Below, piece by piece: positions 48,962 to 58,689 of a stretch of DNA of 64,000 nt. The position numbers and the translations under genes were made by a program. The first letter of the stretch is position 1; each line of letters begins with the position of its first letter. The DNA is from a bacterium (GTDB lineage Bacteria; Bdellovibrionota_C; UBA2361; CALJRW01), in the NCBI GenBank assembly GCA_031385045.1, contig JANNBC010000011.1, forward strand, positions 1-64,000, read 5' to 3'. Below the pieces are notes generated by a model, which was given only the letters and a program-made list of their open reading frames with translations, was not told the origin of the DNA and did not search any database.

Positions 48962-50845
48962 TTAGGCTGCTGCTGGGGCTTTTGTTTCTGCAGGCTTAAC
49001 TTTTACACCAGACTCCTCACGTCTAAATAATTCAGGTTTAGAGGAAAGCTGTGTCTCCAACCATTCATGTGCCTGAAACACATCCCTTTTAGAATCTGCA
49101 GCATGCTCTTTCCCTGGAGTAACATCATCAAGGACAATCTTCTTAAACCTTTTTTCAAATTCAGCCATAATCTTTAACAACTCAACAATCCCATCTGGCT
49201 TAACATAGAAGTCACGGCTACCTCGTAGGAAATCATTACTACTCCCATCTAAAGAAATAGAGGCTTTTGATTCATCAACAGCATTAAACATTGGAACCAA
49301 ATCTACTTTTAATTTTGTAACGTCAGTCATTGCTGACAATTTGAGTTCTTCGGATGTAATACTTGTTAAAAAAGACATATCCTTGCTAATTGCAGAGAAG
49401 GTTTGATAAGTCCCATCTTTGTACTTAACTTTCACTGACACAATATCAGTCCCAAGTACTGTTGCTACTTCTGGCGGCAAAGAATTTCTATTAAATAATG
49501 TTTTAGATAAGAAGCGACTCAACTCTCTTCGTGCTGTAACATCTTCCTTAGCAGCAATTGCTAAATCTTGCAGTCCTCGATAAAGCTTACCTGGCTCACT
49601 CTTGTCATCATTAACTAACTCAAGTGAAGTTAGGGCACTTTTAATTTGACTTGGCCACATGTAACGAATCAGTCCAGTAGGACTTAATACGCTCTTCCCA
49701 TTCCAAGGACTAGTTTGTCGTAGTTCATTTGTAAGCTTTGGATCTGTCCAATACCGCTCATAACTAAAACATACTGTCTTAGGATCTATATTATCTTTCA
49801 AACAAGAAAGCTTTCTTGAACCTGCCGCATAAGAAAGATGGTCATGATTAAAGCCATAAAAAGTAACCATATCCATTACAGCTTCGGGTGCATTTCCATA
49901 AAACTTATCGAGATAGCTAACATAATTTGTCAGCTTTAAACCTTGAGGTTCAAGGTTAAGCCCAGACCAGTTACAATGGCTTGAGATTACATTATTTAAC
50001 TCAATGGATGAGAAGCTACAGAATTCCGTTCTCAAGTTGTGTAACTTTGCGTTATGCACAATCAATTGTCCTTCACATCTATTTTGGATGGCAGATCCTA
50101 CAAGTTGATTTACTATGCCATCAATCTTCTCTCCCGAAAGTGTTTGTCCAAAATCAGGACTAGATTTTGCTGCTTCATCAATATTTTTTATCTTACTAAC
50201 ATTAGAATCATTGCTATTTAAAACCCTAATAGCCTCATCTAAACTACTTGCAATTTCTCCACTTGGAAAACCTACACGCACTTTCTCTAATATTCGACTT
50301 AATTGTTGGTTACTAATTTCATCAGAAATATCAAAAGCAACAATAGTTTTACTAAATGATTTGTCAGGTTCTAAATTACTATTAACTACTCCCTTGGCTC
50401 TCTGCCCCTCAGTTTTCCTAAGAGATTCTCCAAGTTCCTTCTGCAATAGCGAGCTATCACTGCGCTCTAGTTCAAGTTTAAAAGCAAACCGTGGCGTATT
50501 TTCTAATCTTTTTGCTGGACGCTCAGTAAAGAATGCTGATAGTTTTTGCATCACAACCACCTGCAATTCTTGATCCATTTTATGATCTACAGCTACTCGG
50601 CTGGAATCAGTTTTATTCTTTTCAGTAACTTCACCTGCCAACTGTTTTATGTTGCTCTTTGCCTTTCTTTGTCTATCGGCAATTCTTTCTGGGTAAAGAC
50701 GATTCAAAGTATTATCAAAAGTCTGGCCTACTTTATCAGACCAGTTCCTCGGAGTTCTCGGCATTTGTGCATCTTTTAAAGTGCTTCCAGAAGTTGCTGG
50801 GGCTCCTGCCGTAGAAGATGAAGGTGTAGATGTTGTTTTACTCAT
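48962..50845 (-). CDS. Hypothetical protein (627 aa)
   Basis: Long ORF, S/T/P-rich N-terminus, short pentapeptide-like stretch; no recognisable family. Confidence 0.8.
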   Translation of the reverse strand: MSKTTSTPSSSTAGAPATSGSTLKDAQMPRTPRNWSDKVGQTFDNTLNRLYPERIADRQRKAKSNIKQLAGEVTEKNKTDSSRVAVDHKMDQELQVVVMQKLSAFFTERPAKRLENTPRFAFKLELERSDSSLLQKELGESLRKTEGQRAKGVVNSNLEPDKSFSKTIVAFDISDEISNQQLSRILEKVRVGFPSGEIASSLDEAIRVLNSNDSNVSKIKNIDEAAKSSPDFGQTLSGEKIDGIVNQLVGSAIQNRCEGQLIVHNAKLHNLRTEFCSFSSIELNNVISSHCNWSGLNLEPQGLKLTNYVSYLDKFYGNAPEAVMDMVTFYGFNHDHLSYAAGSRKLSCLKDNIDPKTVCFSYERYWTDPKLTNELRQTSPWNGKSVLSPTGLIRYMWPSQIKSALTSLELVNDDKSEPGKLYRGLQDLAIAAKEDVTARRELSRFLSKTLFNRNSLPPEVATVLGTDIVSVKVKYKDGTYQTFSAISKDMSFLTSITSEELKLSAMTDVTKLKVDLVPMFNAVDESKASISLDGSSNDFLRGSRDFYVKPDGIVELLKIMAEFEKRFKKIVLDDVTPGKEHAADSKRDVFQAHEWLETQLSSKPELFRREESGVKVKPAETKAPAAA

Positions 50846-50962
50846 AGCTATGTTGATTCTATATTATAGAAGGATATTGTAGTTATTCTACCATCTAAGA
50901 CAATGTGATTCTATTTTTTTAGAATATTTGTAAATTTTCCTTAAACTGTTATTAAGCTAGCA

Positions 50963-52918
50963 ATGAAAATTTATGTACATTTTGACCAAAATGAGATTGA
51001 TCTGGGCACTTTAATCTCTGAAACAAACAATTCGGTCTGCCTAAAAGATCCTAAAAATAAGGAAATCACTTGCAATACTAATAGGTTATACTACTTAGGT
51101 GATTATCAGGATGGTTTAGACTTAAATCAGATAAACCTTAAGGCCGAAGAGCTCTGGCCTGCCATTGAAATCCCAAAGCTTTGGGAAGCATTTAAAAAGA
51201 AAGCTTCCGTTCCGGGAGCTGAGCTGACAATTAAGCATTTTGGAACAGATCTACCAGAACAGCACTTTGCCCTTTTCCTAGCTGTGCACCACGAAAAAGT
51301 ATATTTTAAACGCAAGTCTCAGGAATTTCACCTGCGAACTGAGAAAGAAGTTGCTGAAAGATTATTAAACAGCAAAAAAGATCAAACAAATCAACTAGAG
51401 CTTCAAGCTACTTTAGAGTTCCTAAGAGATAACATTAGCAATCTTCAAGGCCTGCCAGAAATTGCGCAGAGACTAGTTAATAATTTATTAGCCTTTGCAG
51501 CAGAGAGTCGCGACCTCTTACCAGATGAAAAAAAAGAAGCTCGGGAGTTCTTAAAAGAATTAATTAAAATTTTAAAGATTACTGATCTCGATCCAATCCC
51601 GGCATCTGCTTATCAAATCTTATTAAAACTTGGTGTCATTAATAATTACGCTGACTTAATTTTAATCCGTCATCATCAAAGCCTAAGTTTCACAAAACAA
51701 GCCTTACAGGAATGTAAAAAATTAGCTGTAGATTATCCAAAAATCATTCAAGATAAAAATCGCAAAGATTTAACTAAAGTTCCAATGTTTACGATTGACG
51801 ATCAGTCAACTCTTGATATGGATGATGCCATTTCCTTAGAACAAACTATTGATGGCTGGCAGTTGGGAATTCATATTAGTGACATCTCCGCCTTAATTGC
51901 TAAGGGTTCCGTATTAGATAAATTAGCTTTAAAACGGGCGACTTCGGTTTACTCTACTGGACAAAATATCAATATGCTTCCAGCAGAAATTTCTGAAAAT
52001 TTGGGGAGTTTATTAGCAGGAGAAACTCGTCCGGCCTTAACAATTCACTTAAATTTAGACCGACATTACAACTTGTTATCTTCTAAAATCTTTCCAAGTT
52101 TAATTAAAGTAACCGAGCGACTTTCTTATCAACAAGTTGATCGATTACTAGAAGCTGAAGATTCGCGCTTTGTAGAACTTTATCAAATTACTAATCAATT
52201 TGAGACAAAGCGCTTAGAATCTGGTGCGATTAAAACTCCTAAGAAAGTTAGCGATACTAAGCTAGTTGATGGGAAGTTAACTTTAGAGATTTTTGATGAG
52301 CATGATTTCGCTCGGAACATTATTGCTGAGTTAATGATTATTGCTAATAAGATTTTTGCTGAATATGCTTCGCAAAATTTCTTGCCAGCATTCTTTCGTT
52401 GCCAGGAAGCGCCAGAGCAAACGCAGAATGATGCTGGACAACAAAACCCTGAACAATTTAAGCCTTCTTACACCAGCCTAACGGCTAAGCCCCACCACGC
52501 TTTGGGATTAAACGCTTACTTACAGGCCACTTCTCCCATCCGTCGCTATCAAGATTTGTGCAATCAACGCCAAATAATTAGTCATTTAAAAACTAAAAAG
52601 ACTGAGCTAGATCGCAAAGACTTAGAAAAGATTAAGAAGTTAACATTTGCACCACTAAAAGAAGCTGTAACTGCTAGCAAAGAAAGTCGTAGATATTGGC
52701 TCTTAAGGTATGTGGCAGAAAACTATCCTAAAGGATCTGAATTTACTGCTCAAGTAATTAAGAATGACAAAAAACTTGGCATGGTAACATTAAAAGATTT
52801 GATTATCACTGGACTTGTTGCGCTACCACAAAGCATGAATAGCAATACTGAAATCAAGGTTCGCTTGTTAGCAGTAAATCCTGAAAAAAATGATTTAAAG
52901 CTAGAACTGATTGCTTAA
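50963..52918 (+). CDS. RNB-domain exoribonuclease (RNase II/R family)
   Basis: TIDDQSTLDMDDAIS, HISD, RATSVY, ATSPIRRYQDL. Confidence 0.92.
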   Translation: MKIYVHFDQNEIDLGTLISETNNSVCLKDPKNKEITCNTNRLYYLGDYQDGLDLNQINLKAEELWPAIEIPKLWEAFKKKASVPGAELTIKHFGTDLPEQHFALFLAVHHEKVYFKRKSQEFHLRTEKEVAERLLNSKKDQTNQLELQATLEFLRDNISNLQGLPEIAQRLVNNLLAFAAESRDLLPDEKKEAREFLKELIKILKITDLDPIPASAYQILLKLGVINNYADLILIRHHQSLSFTKQALQECKKLAVDYPKIIQDKNRKDLTKVPMFTIDDQSTLDMDDAISLEQTIDGWQLGIHISDISALIAKGSVLDKLALKRATSVYSTGQNINMLPAEISENLGSLLAGETRPALTIHLNLDRHYNLLSSKIFPSLIKVTERLSYQQVDRLLEAEDSRFVELYQITNQFETKRLESGAIKTPKKVSDTKLVDGKLTLEIFDEHDFARNIIAELMIIANKIFAEYASQNFLPAFFRCQEAPEQTQNDAGQQNPEQFKPSYTSLTAKPHHALGLNAYLQATSPIRRYQDLCNQRQIISHLKTKKTELDRKDLEKIKKLTFAPLKEAVTASKESRRYWLLRYVAENYPKGSEFTAQVIKNDKKLGMVTLKDLIITGLVALPQSMNSNTEIKVRLLAVNPEKNDLKLELIA

Positions 52919-52972
52919 CAACAATCATTCTTAAGCTCCGGTGCTCTAGTAAATCATACTTTGTTCTGGGAA

Positions 52973-53410
52973 TTAATCTTTAAGGTTTTCTAAATCGATT
53001 AAATCTTGTGGGCGCCCAGCTGACTTTTTAAGTTTTCTTAGATCATTTTTAGAAATAAAATGAATCTTAAGATCATTAAGATTAACATCAAATTTATTCT
53101 TCCAGGCATTTGCAAAAGTAGCACCTTTAACTTTTGTTAATAGGTCAATTCTATTTGGAGCAACGCCAAAAATGAACAAAACACCTGGTCGTGAGAAATC
53201 GTCTGCTGATAAGCTATCAATTGGAGCATTAAAACTCTTCAAGGCTTGCATTACTTTTTTGGAATTTAACTTAGAAGGTTCAATCCAGATATCTAAGTCT
53301 TTCGTATAACGTGGTTCAGTGTAGTAAGACACAGCATATCCGCCAATCACTAGATATTTTACTTTAGCGTCGTTTAAACAATGCAACAGATCTCTGAAAT
53401 CGGAGTTCAT
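52973..53410 (-). CDS. Nucleotidyltransferase (DUF6036-like)
   Basis: YLVIGGYAV, PRYTKDLDIW, GRPQDLIDL. Confidence 0.82.
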   Translation of the reverse strand: MNSDFRDLLHCLNDAKVKYLVIGGYAVSYYTEPRYTKDLDIWIEPSKLNSKKVMQALKSFNAPIDSLSADDFSRPGVLFIFGVAPNRIDLLTKVKGATFANAWKNKFDVNLNDLKIHFISKNDLRKLKKSAGRPQDLIDLENLKD

Positions 53411-53567
53411 TAATATCTTTCCCTTTTAATTTCCAAGCATCTTCCACTAGCTCCCAAACGGCATTTAGCCTAACTTCAGCAGACTGTTTTTGCCAATACT
53501 TAATGGAATCTTTTTGGTTAAAATCTTCCATTTTACCAAAAAAAATCTTCTCCATTTTTTTACGCAT
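53364..53567 (-). CDS. Small hypothetical partner of the nucleotidyltransferase
   Basis: YWQKQSAEVRLNAVWEL...RFQRS; overlaps the start of the downstream gene. Confidence 0.6.
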   Translation of the reverse strand: MRKKMEKIFFGKMEDFNQKDSIKYWQKQSAEVRLNAVWELVEDAWKLKGKDINELRFQRSVALFKRR

Positions 53568-53569
53568 AA

Positions 53570-54034
53570 TTATTTAACTTCATTTGGAACCACACGAACC
53601 GCTAACATTTTCCCCTTATTCTCTTCACACTCAGCTCCAGTGATCATTATCTCAGAGGCATCAAAATGCATCCGAGTATCTAGGAGTTGCATCCCTGATG
53701 TATCATGCCAGTTAATCCACAGACCAACTCGTTGATCTTCAAAATAAAGCATTTCTAATTCCAGATCATCGCCATTACTTAGAGTTAATTTTCTCTTCTC
53801 TTGCATTGGTAAGACTACTGACTGTGCGGAATCTAGGTTGAAATTTTTGAAATGGAGATCTTCTAGTTTATCTTTAATGTGCGCCAGGGATTCTGGTATA
53901 ACTAATTTTTTATCAGAAAGATCAGCTCGCGGGTGATCACAAGTAATAGTCTCAACTATTAGAGTTACGTCTTCAGCGAAAGAAAAAACTGGAGTCAAAA
54001 AAACACAAAGTAGTAAGAAATTAATTCTAAGCAT
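53570..54034 (-). CDS. Exported hypothetical protein in the ECF sigma operon
   Basis: Signal peptide SFA-ED; begins 2 nt after the anti-sigma stop. Confidence 0.7.
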   Translation of the reverse strand: MLRINFLLLCVFLTPVFSFAEDVTLIVETITCDHPRADLSDKKLVIPESLAHIKDKLEDLHFKNFNLDSAQSVVLPMQEKRKLTLSNGDDLELEMLYFEDQRVGLWINWHDTSGMQLLDTRMHFDASEIMITGAECEENKGKMLAVRVVPNEVK

Positions 54035-54036
54035 AA

Positions 54037-54675
54037 CTATTTATTCTGTTGGACATTAGCCAGGTAACGACTACGCGGGGCTTTAACCCAAATAATATTA
54101 GAAGATCCATTACGTGCTGGAATCATTCTAATTCGTCCATCGCTCTTAAGCCAATCTAACTCTACAGCATTACGGGGGCCTTGGTTACTAGCTAAAGTAA
54201 CAGGGATATTTGTATCTACTGCCCCCGTCTCGCTAGCTACCTTCGTATCTATTGCAATACTAGCAATTTTTTGATGTGTTGTTATTGGACTAACTTCAAA
54301 ATAATTAACATAACCTAGTTTGAAAATCAGACCCAAACAGAAAGCAGTAGATGCTGTTGCTAAGGTTGCAGAAATTGGATTTCTCTTCCAAAAGCTTTCC
54401 AAAATAGAAACTTTTGGCAATTCAGCTTCGTGAAAAATAGAATTTTTTTCAGCTTGTAAAAGGCGAGAATTTAGCACATTCCATTTATTATCTACTTCTG
54501 CAGGGTTATAGTTCTGAGTAATTTGGACGGAAAGAGACTCTAACTCATGTAGAAACTCTTTGGCCTCAGAAGATTTGAGAAGAAATTTCTCGACATATAA
54601 ATTGGTTAAAAAACCCAATTCACGATCATAATAGGCACTTAGTATGCTTTGTTGTTTTTCGCTAAGTTTATTCAT
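54037..54675 (-). CDS. Membrane-bound anti-sigma factor (RseA-like)
   Basis: LSAYYDREL anti-sigma motif, single TM, directly after an ECF sigma; start 54675 or 54717. Confidence 0.72.
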   Translation of the reverse strand: MNKLSEKQQSILSAYYDRELGFLTNLYVEKFLLKSSEAKEFLHELESLSVQITQNYNPAEVDNKWNVLNSRLLQAEKNSIFHEAELPKVSILESFWKRNPISATLATASTAFCLGLIFKLGYVNYFEVSPITTHQKIASIAIDTKVASETGAVDTNIPVTLASNQGPRNAVELDWLKSDGRIRMIPARNGSSNIIWVKAPRSRYLANVQQNK

Positions 54676-54728
54676 AATCTTACATCTTAAAATAATTATA
54701 CCAAATTTCACTACCATCCACCAGTAGT

Positions 54729-55301
54729 TTAGCGGATATCGACTAAGGCTTTTTGAAGTGCTTTACGCGCATAAAAAAGCCGACTCATGACTGTTCCGCT
54801 GTTTAACCCACAAACACTGGCAATTTCTTCATACGAAAAACCTTCTACTTCTCTCATTAAAAGTACACTGCGGTGTTCCTCACTAAGTTTAGCCAAAGCA
54901 TTCTTAAGTATTCCCATACTCTGCTTGGTTTCTAACTGTTGATCCGGCTGTGCACTCATTGAGTTTAAAATTCCTTCTTCCGAACTAATTCGATCAAATT
55001 CTGGCTCCTCTAAAGAGGCTTGAACCCGACGCGACAGGCGACGCTTTACATCAATCGCCATGTTTCTAGTAATACGATAAAGCCAAGTATAAAAACTACT
55101 CTCGCCTTTGAAATTTTTAATTCCTAAATAGGCCTTAACAAAAGATTCTTGCACGACCTCCTCGGCGTCTTGCTCTGAACGCATGATACTAAATGCTAGA
55201 TTATAAATCCGCGAATAGTAATACTCATAAAGCGCGCGGAAGGCTTGCTTGTCTCCTGCCTGCACATCTGCAATTAATTTTAATTCCTGAACCTTATCCA
55301 C
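54729..55301 (-). CDS. rpoE: ECF sigma factor (RpoE-like)
   Basis: DAEEVVQESF, SSFYTWLYRI, SYEEIA, GTVMSRLFYAR. Confidence 0.9.
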   Translation of the reverse strand: MDKVQELKLIADVQAGDKQAFRALYEYYYSRIYNLAFSIMRSEQDAEEVVQESFVKAYLGIKNFKGESSFYTWLYRITRNMAIDVKRRLSRRVQASLEEPEFDRISSEEGILNSMSAQPDQQLETKQSMGILKNALAKLSEEHRSVLLMREVEGFSYEEIASVCGLNSGTVMSRLFYARKALQKALVDIR

Positions 55302-58040
55302 CTAATGTATCTCACCCCAATTAGAACCGATTCCTAAGCCAATTTTTAAAGGTACGGCTAGACTTAGGGCGGATTCCATCAGATCCTGAATTAATTGACG
55401 TGCTTGCTCTTGGAAATCTTCACTGGTCTCGAAAAGTAATTCATCGTGGACTTGGAGAATAATTTTGAGGGGTAATTTATCAGCAATTATAACATGTTGC
55501 AGACGGTTCATGGCGATTTTGATAATATCGGCAGCAGTTCCTTGCACAGGGGCATTAAGTGCGGCGCGAACTAAAAAGCCTTTGTCACGCCCTGCTGTAT
55601 CAATTGATTTAATATAACGCTTCCGTCCAAACATTGTCTCCACGTAGCCGTCCGCATTTAGCATGGCCTCTACGTTTTTGAAATACTCACGAACTCCAGA
55701 GTAATAAGAAAAATAGTCATCGATATAGCGAGTTGCCTGGCCAACTGGAATTTCTAATTCTCTCGCCAAGCGAAAACCACTCATGCCATAAATGATTCCA
55801 AAGTTAATTGTTTTTCCAAGGCGTCGTTGATTAGAATCTAGTGGCAGGTCTGCTGGTAAATTAAGAATTTGTCGAGCTGTCTGCGTGTGAATATCTTGAT
55901 CGTTTTTAAAAGCATTAATTAAATTCTGATCCTGACTTAAGTCGGCCAAGACGCGAAGTTCAATTTGAGAGTAATCGGCGGAAATTAATTTTTTACCTTT
56001 TGGTGCGCAGAAAGCTTCGCGAATTTTACGTCCATACTCACTTTGAATTGGGATATTTTGTAAATTAGGACTGGAGCTAGAAAGTCTCCCAGTTGCCGTA
56101 ATGGTTTGATTAAAACTTGTATGTAAGCGATTAGTCTTGGCATTTACATAGCGTGGAAGCGCATCAACATAAGTTGATTTTAATTTATAGAGCTCACGGT
56201 AATCTAAGATTGTTTTTGGGAGCGGGTGCAAATAACTTAATTTTTCTAAAGTTGTGACATCAGTAGAAATTCCAGTTTTAGTTTTTTTAAGTCCCGCGGT
56301 TGGTAAGTTTAATTTATCAAAAAGAATTGTGGCTAATTGCTTGGTGGAGTTTTGATTAAAATCTTCGCCTGCTAGATCTTGAATTTTAATATTTAAGGCT
56401 TCTAGATCTATCTCTAATTCCTTTGACATTTTTAATAGAAATTCAGTATCTAAACCGATACCATTCCTTTCAATATCAGAGAGAACTCCGATTAAAGGCA
56501 TCTCAATGTCATCCATCACTCTGCTAAGATCATTTTCAATAATCTTTGGGGCTAATTGCTCTTTTAATAGCCAAGCATAGTGCGCATCTTGTGCGGCATA
56601 ATGCGTTGCAACAGAAACTTCAACTTCTGCAAAGCTAGCGAGCCCCGCAGTGGTATCAGTATACTCTGTCACATCATACCCCAAGTAATCTTTAGCTAAG
56701 CGAGTTAAGCCAAAAGAACTGGCATCAGCATCTATCAGGTATGCGGCAACCATAGTATCAAAACTAATTCCAACCACTCGTACTTGATAATTAGCCAAGA
56801 CGCCAACATCATATTTTAAGTTTTGGCCAATTTTTTTAATATTTGGATTTTCTAGGATTGATTTTAGGGAACTAATTAGTAACTCTACTGGAATTTGTGG
56901 CTCACTTGATTCCCTGTGCGCTATTGGTAAGTAGAAAGATTTGTTATTGTCCCAACAAAATGCTGCGCCAACAATTTCCGCTTCTAAGGTATTTAGAGAA
57001 GTAGTTTCTAAATCAAAAGAGAATTCTTTTTGTGACTCTAATTGTTTTAGCCAAGTTGGAAAATCTTTGGCATAGATTGTCTGGTAATCAGCAATCGCTT
57101 CTTTCTTTGGGGAATTGTTTTTTAAAAATTCGGCTACTAAAGAATCGAACTCTAACTGTTCGGTTAGTTTCTTTAACTCATCAATATTAATAATTTGTCG
57201 TTTAATATAGGATTTTAAATCTTCTGGATTTAATTCTTGAATTAATGGCTGAGCTGGTAAATCAGTAAGGATAAGTGGAACATTTAATTCAATCTGCGTT
57301 AGCGATTTACTTAGGCGTAAGACTTGCGGATCGTTTTTTATTTGTTCGGCAATCTTTTTAGAGCCACGAATACTAGTATTAGTAGCTAGTAAATCAGCGC
57401 TTTCAATAATCTGTTCAATATTACCATAAGCTTGAATTAATGCCGTAGCAGTTTTTGGACCTACTCCACTAAGGCCGGGAATGTTATCAGAGCTATCTCC
57501 TGTTAGTGCTAAGAAGTCTACTACTTGCTCGGGAGCAACGCCAAATTTCTCAATCACTTCTGCTTTCTGATAGTGCTTCCCCTTCATCGGATCGTAAATA
57601 CTAGTTAAGGGATGAACAAGTTGCATCAGGTCTTTATCGGCAGAGACAACGACTGTTTCTTGATTACATTTTTGAAATTGATTAACAAAAGTTCCAATTA
57701 AATCATCAGCTTCAAAACCAGGCATCTCTAAGGTACGCAAACCAAGTGCTTTAGAAATTTCTCGAAAGTAGGGCATCTGCGGAACTAAGTCCTCTGGGCA
57801 CTCGGAACGATTTGCTTTATAAAGTGGATAGAGTTGATTACGGAAAGTTTCTTTGCCGGCATCAAAAATCATTACAACTTGATCACTCTCCATCTCCTTT
57901 AAAAGTTTTAGGAGCATTTTGGTAAAACCGAATAAGGCGTTTGTTGGAAATCCGTTTTTAGTTTTTAGAGGCTGAAGAACTGCGTAGTAGGCACGGAAGA
58001 TATAGCCAGAGCCATCAATAAGGTAAATTTTATCGGACAT
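55302..58040 (-). CDS. polA: DNA polymerase I
   Basis: LIDGS..FRAYYA 5'-3' exonuclease, FDLETT 3'-5' exonuclease, ADYSQIELR, QVHDEL. Confidence 0.98.
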   Translation of the reverse strand: MSDKIYLIDGSGYIFRAYYAVLQPLKTKNGFPTNALFGFTKMLLKLLKEMESDQVVMIFDAGKETFRNQLYPLYKANRSECPEDLVPQMPYFREISKALGLRTLEMPGFEADDLIGTFVNQFQKCNQETVVVSADKDLMQLVHPLTSIYDPMKGKHYQKAEVIEKFGVAPEQVVDFLALTGDSSDNIPGLSGVGPKTATALIQAYGNIEQIIESADLLATNTSIRGSKKIAEQIKNDPQVLRLSKSLTQIELNVPLILTDLPAQPLIQELNPEDLKSYIKRQIINIDELKKLTEQLEFDSLVAEFLKNNSPKKEAIADYQTIYAKDFPTWLKQLESQKEFSFDLETTSLNTLEAEIVGAAFCWDNNKSFYLPIAHRESSEPQIPVELLISSLKSILENPNIKKIGQNLKYDVGVLANYQVRVVGISFDTMVAAYLIDADASSFGLTRLAKDYLGYDVTEYTDTTAGLASFAEVEVSVATHYAAQDAHYAWLLKEQLAPKIIENDLSRVMDDIEMPLIGVLSDIERNGIGLDTEFLLKMSKELEIDLEALNIKIQDLAGEDFNQNSTKQLATILFDKLNLPTAGLKKTKTGISTDVTTLEKLSYLHPLPKTILDYRELYKLKSTYVDALPRYVNAKTNRLHTSFNQTITATGRLSSSSPNLQNIPIQSEYGRKIREAFCAPKGKKLISADYSQIELRVLADLSQDQNLINAFKNDQDIHTQTARQILNLPADLPLDSNQRRLGKTINFGIIYGMSGFRLARELEIPVGQATRYIDDYFSYYSGVREYFKNVEAMLNADGYVETMFGRKRYIKSIDTAGRDKGFLVRAALNAPVQGTAADIIKIAMNRLQHVIIADKLPLKIILQVHDELLFETSEDFQEQARQLIQDLMESALSLAVPLKIGLGIGSNWGEIH

Positions 58041-58162
58041 GAAGAACTGAATTTAGAAATAAGCTCGTAGAGCATAACTAAATTTAGCTAAATAAACAAA
58101 GAGTTACTTAGATTTAAAGAGAGAGCCGAAGATGACTCTTCAGCTCTATATATTTTTTCAAA

Positions 58163-58465
58163 TTAAGCTTCTGCCCTAGCGAAGTTTAACCCAAGCTCTT
58201 CATTTAATCTTTTATGAAGTCTGTCACGTACTCCTGCTGGCATGGCAGTTATTTGGAAGCAATGTTTAGCTTCTTCAATTATAAGCTCGATATCCTCAGC
58301 CAAACTCTGACATTCATTACATTCCTCAAAGTGATGCTCCAAACGACCGGCAAGCGACAGGGGAATCTGTTGCTCTCTAAGTTCTGAGTATAAATCCTTA
58401 AAGTCATCACAATTAATATACTGTTTTTCTAGGTAACTTGTTAATTTAAGGTTATATTTATTCAT
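58163..58465 (-). CDS. Small zf-HC2 (zinc anti-sigma-like) protein
   Basis: INC..., then HFEECNEC (HxxxCxxC) and MPAGVRDRL; ATG at 58465 preferred. Confidence 0.7.
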   Translation of the reverse strand: MNKYNLKLTSYLEKQYINCDDFKDLYSELREQQIPLSLAGRLEHHFEECNECQSLAEDIELIIEEAKHCFQITAMPAGVRDRLHKRLNEELGLNFARAEA

Positions 58466-58689
58466 ATCCAAACTTATTTCCAAAGGTTTAAAATCGCAAG
58501 CCTTAGTAACTTTTGGGGCTCACAACCGTCGTGTATAGGTTTGATGTAGGCAGTTACAAAAAAGATGCAAATTTTTTACATTTTTGTTACATATCTAAAT
58601 TTTTTCTGCTAAGTTGCTGATATCATTAACTCCAAATCTCTCAGAGAGCTCGGGGGAATGTCAGTTTTTTACAAATATGTCTTTATTTT

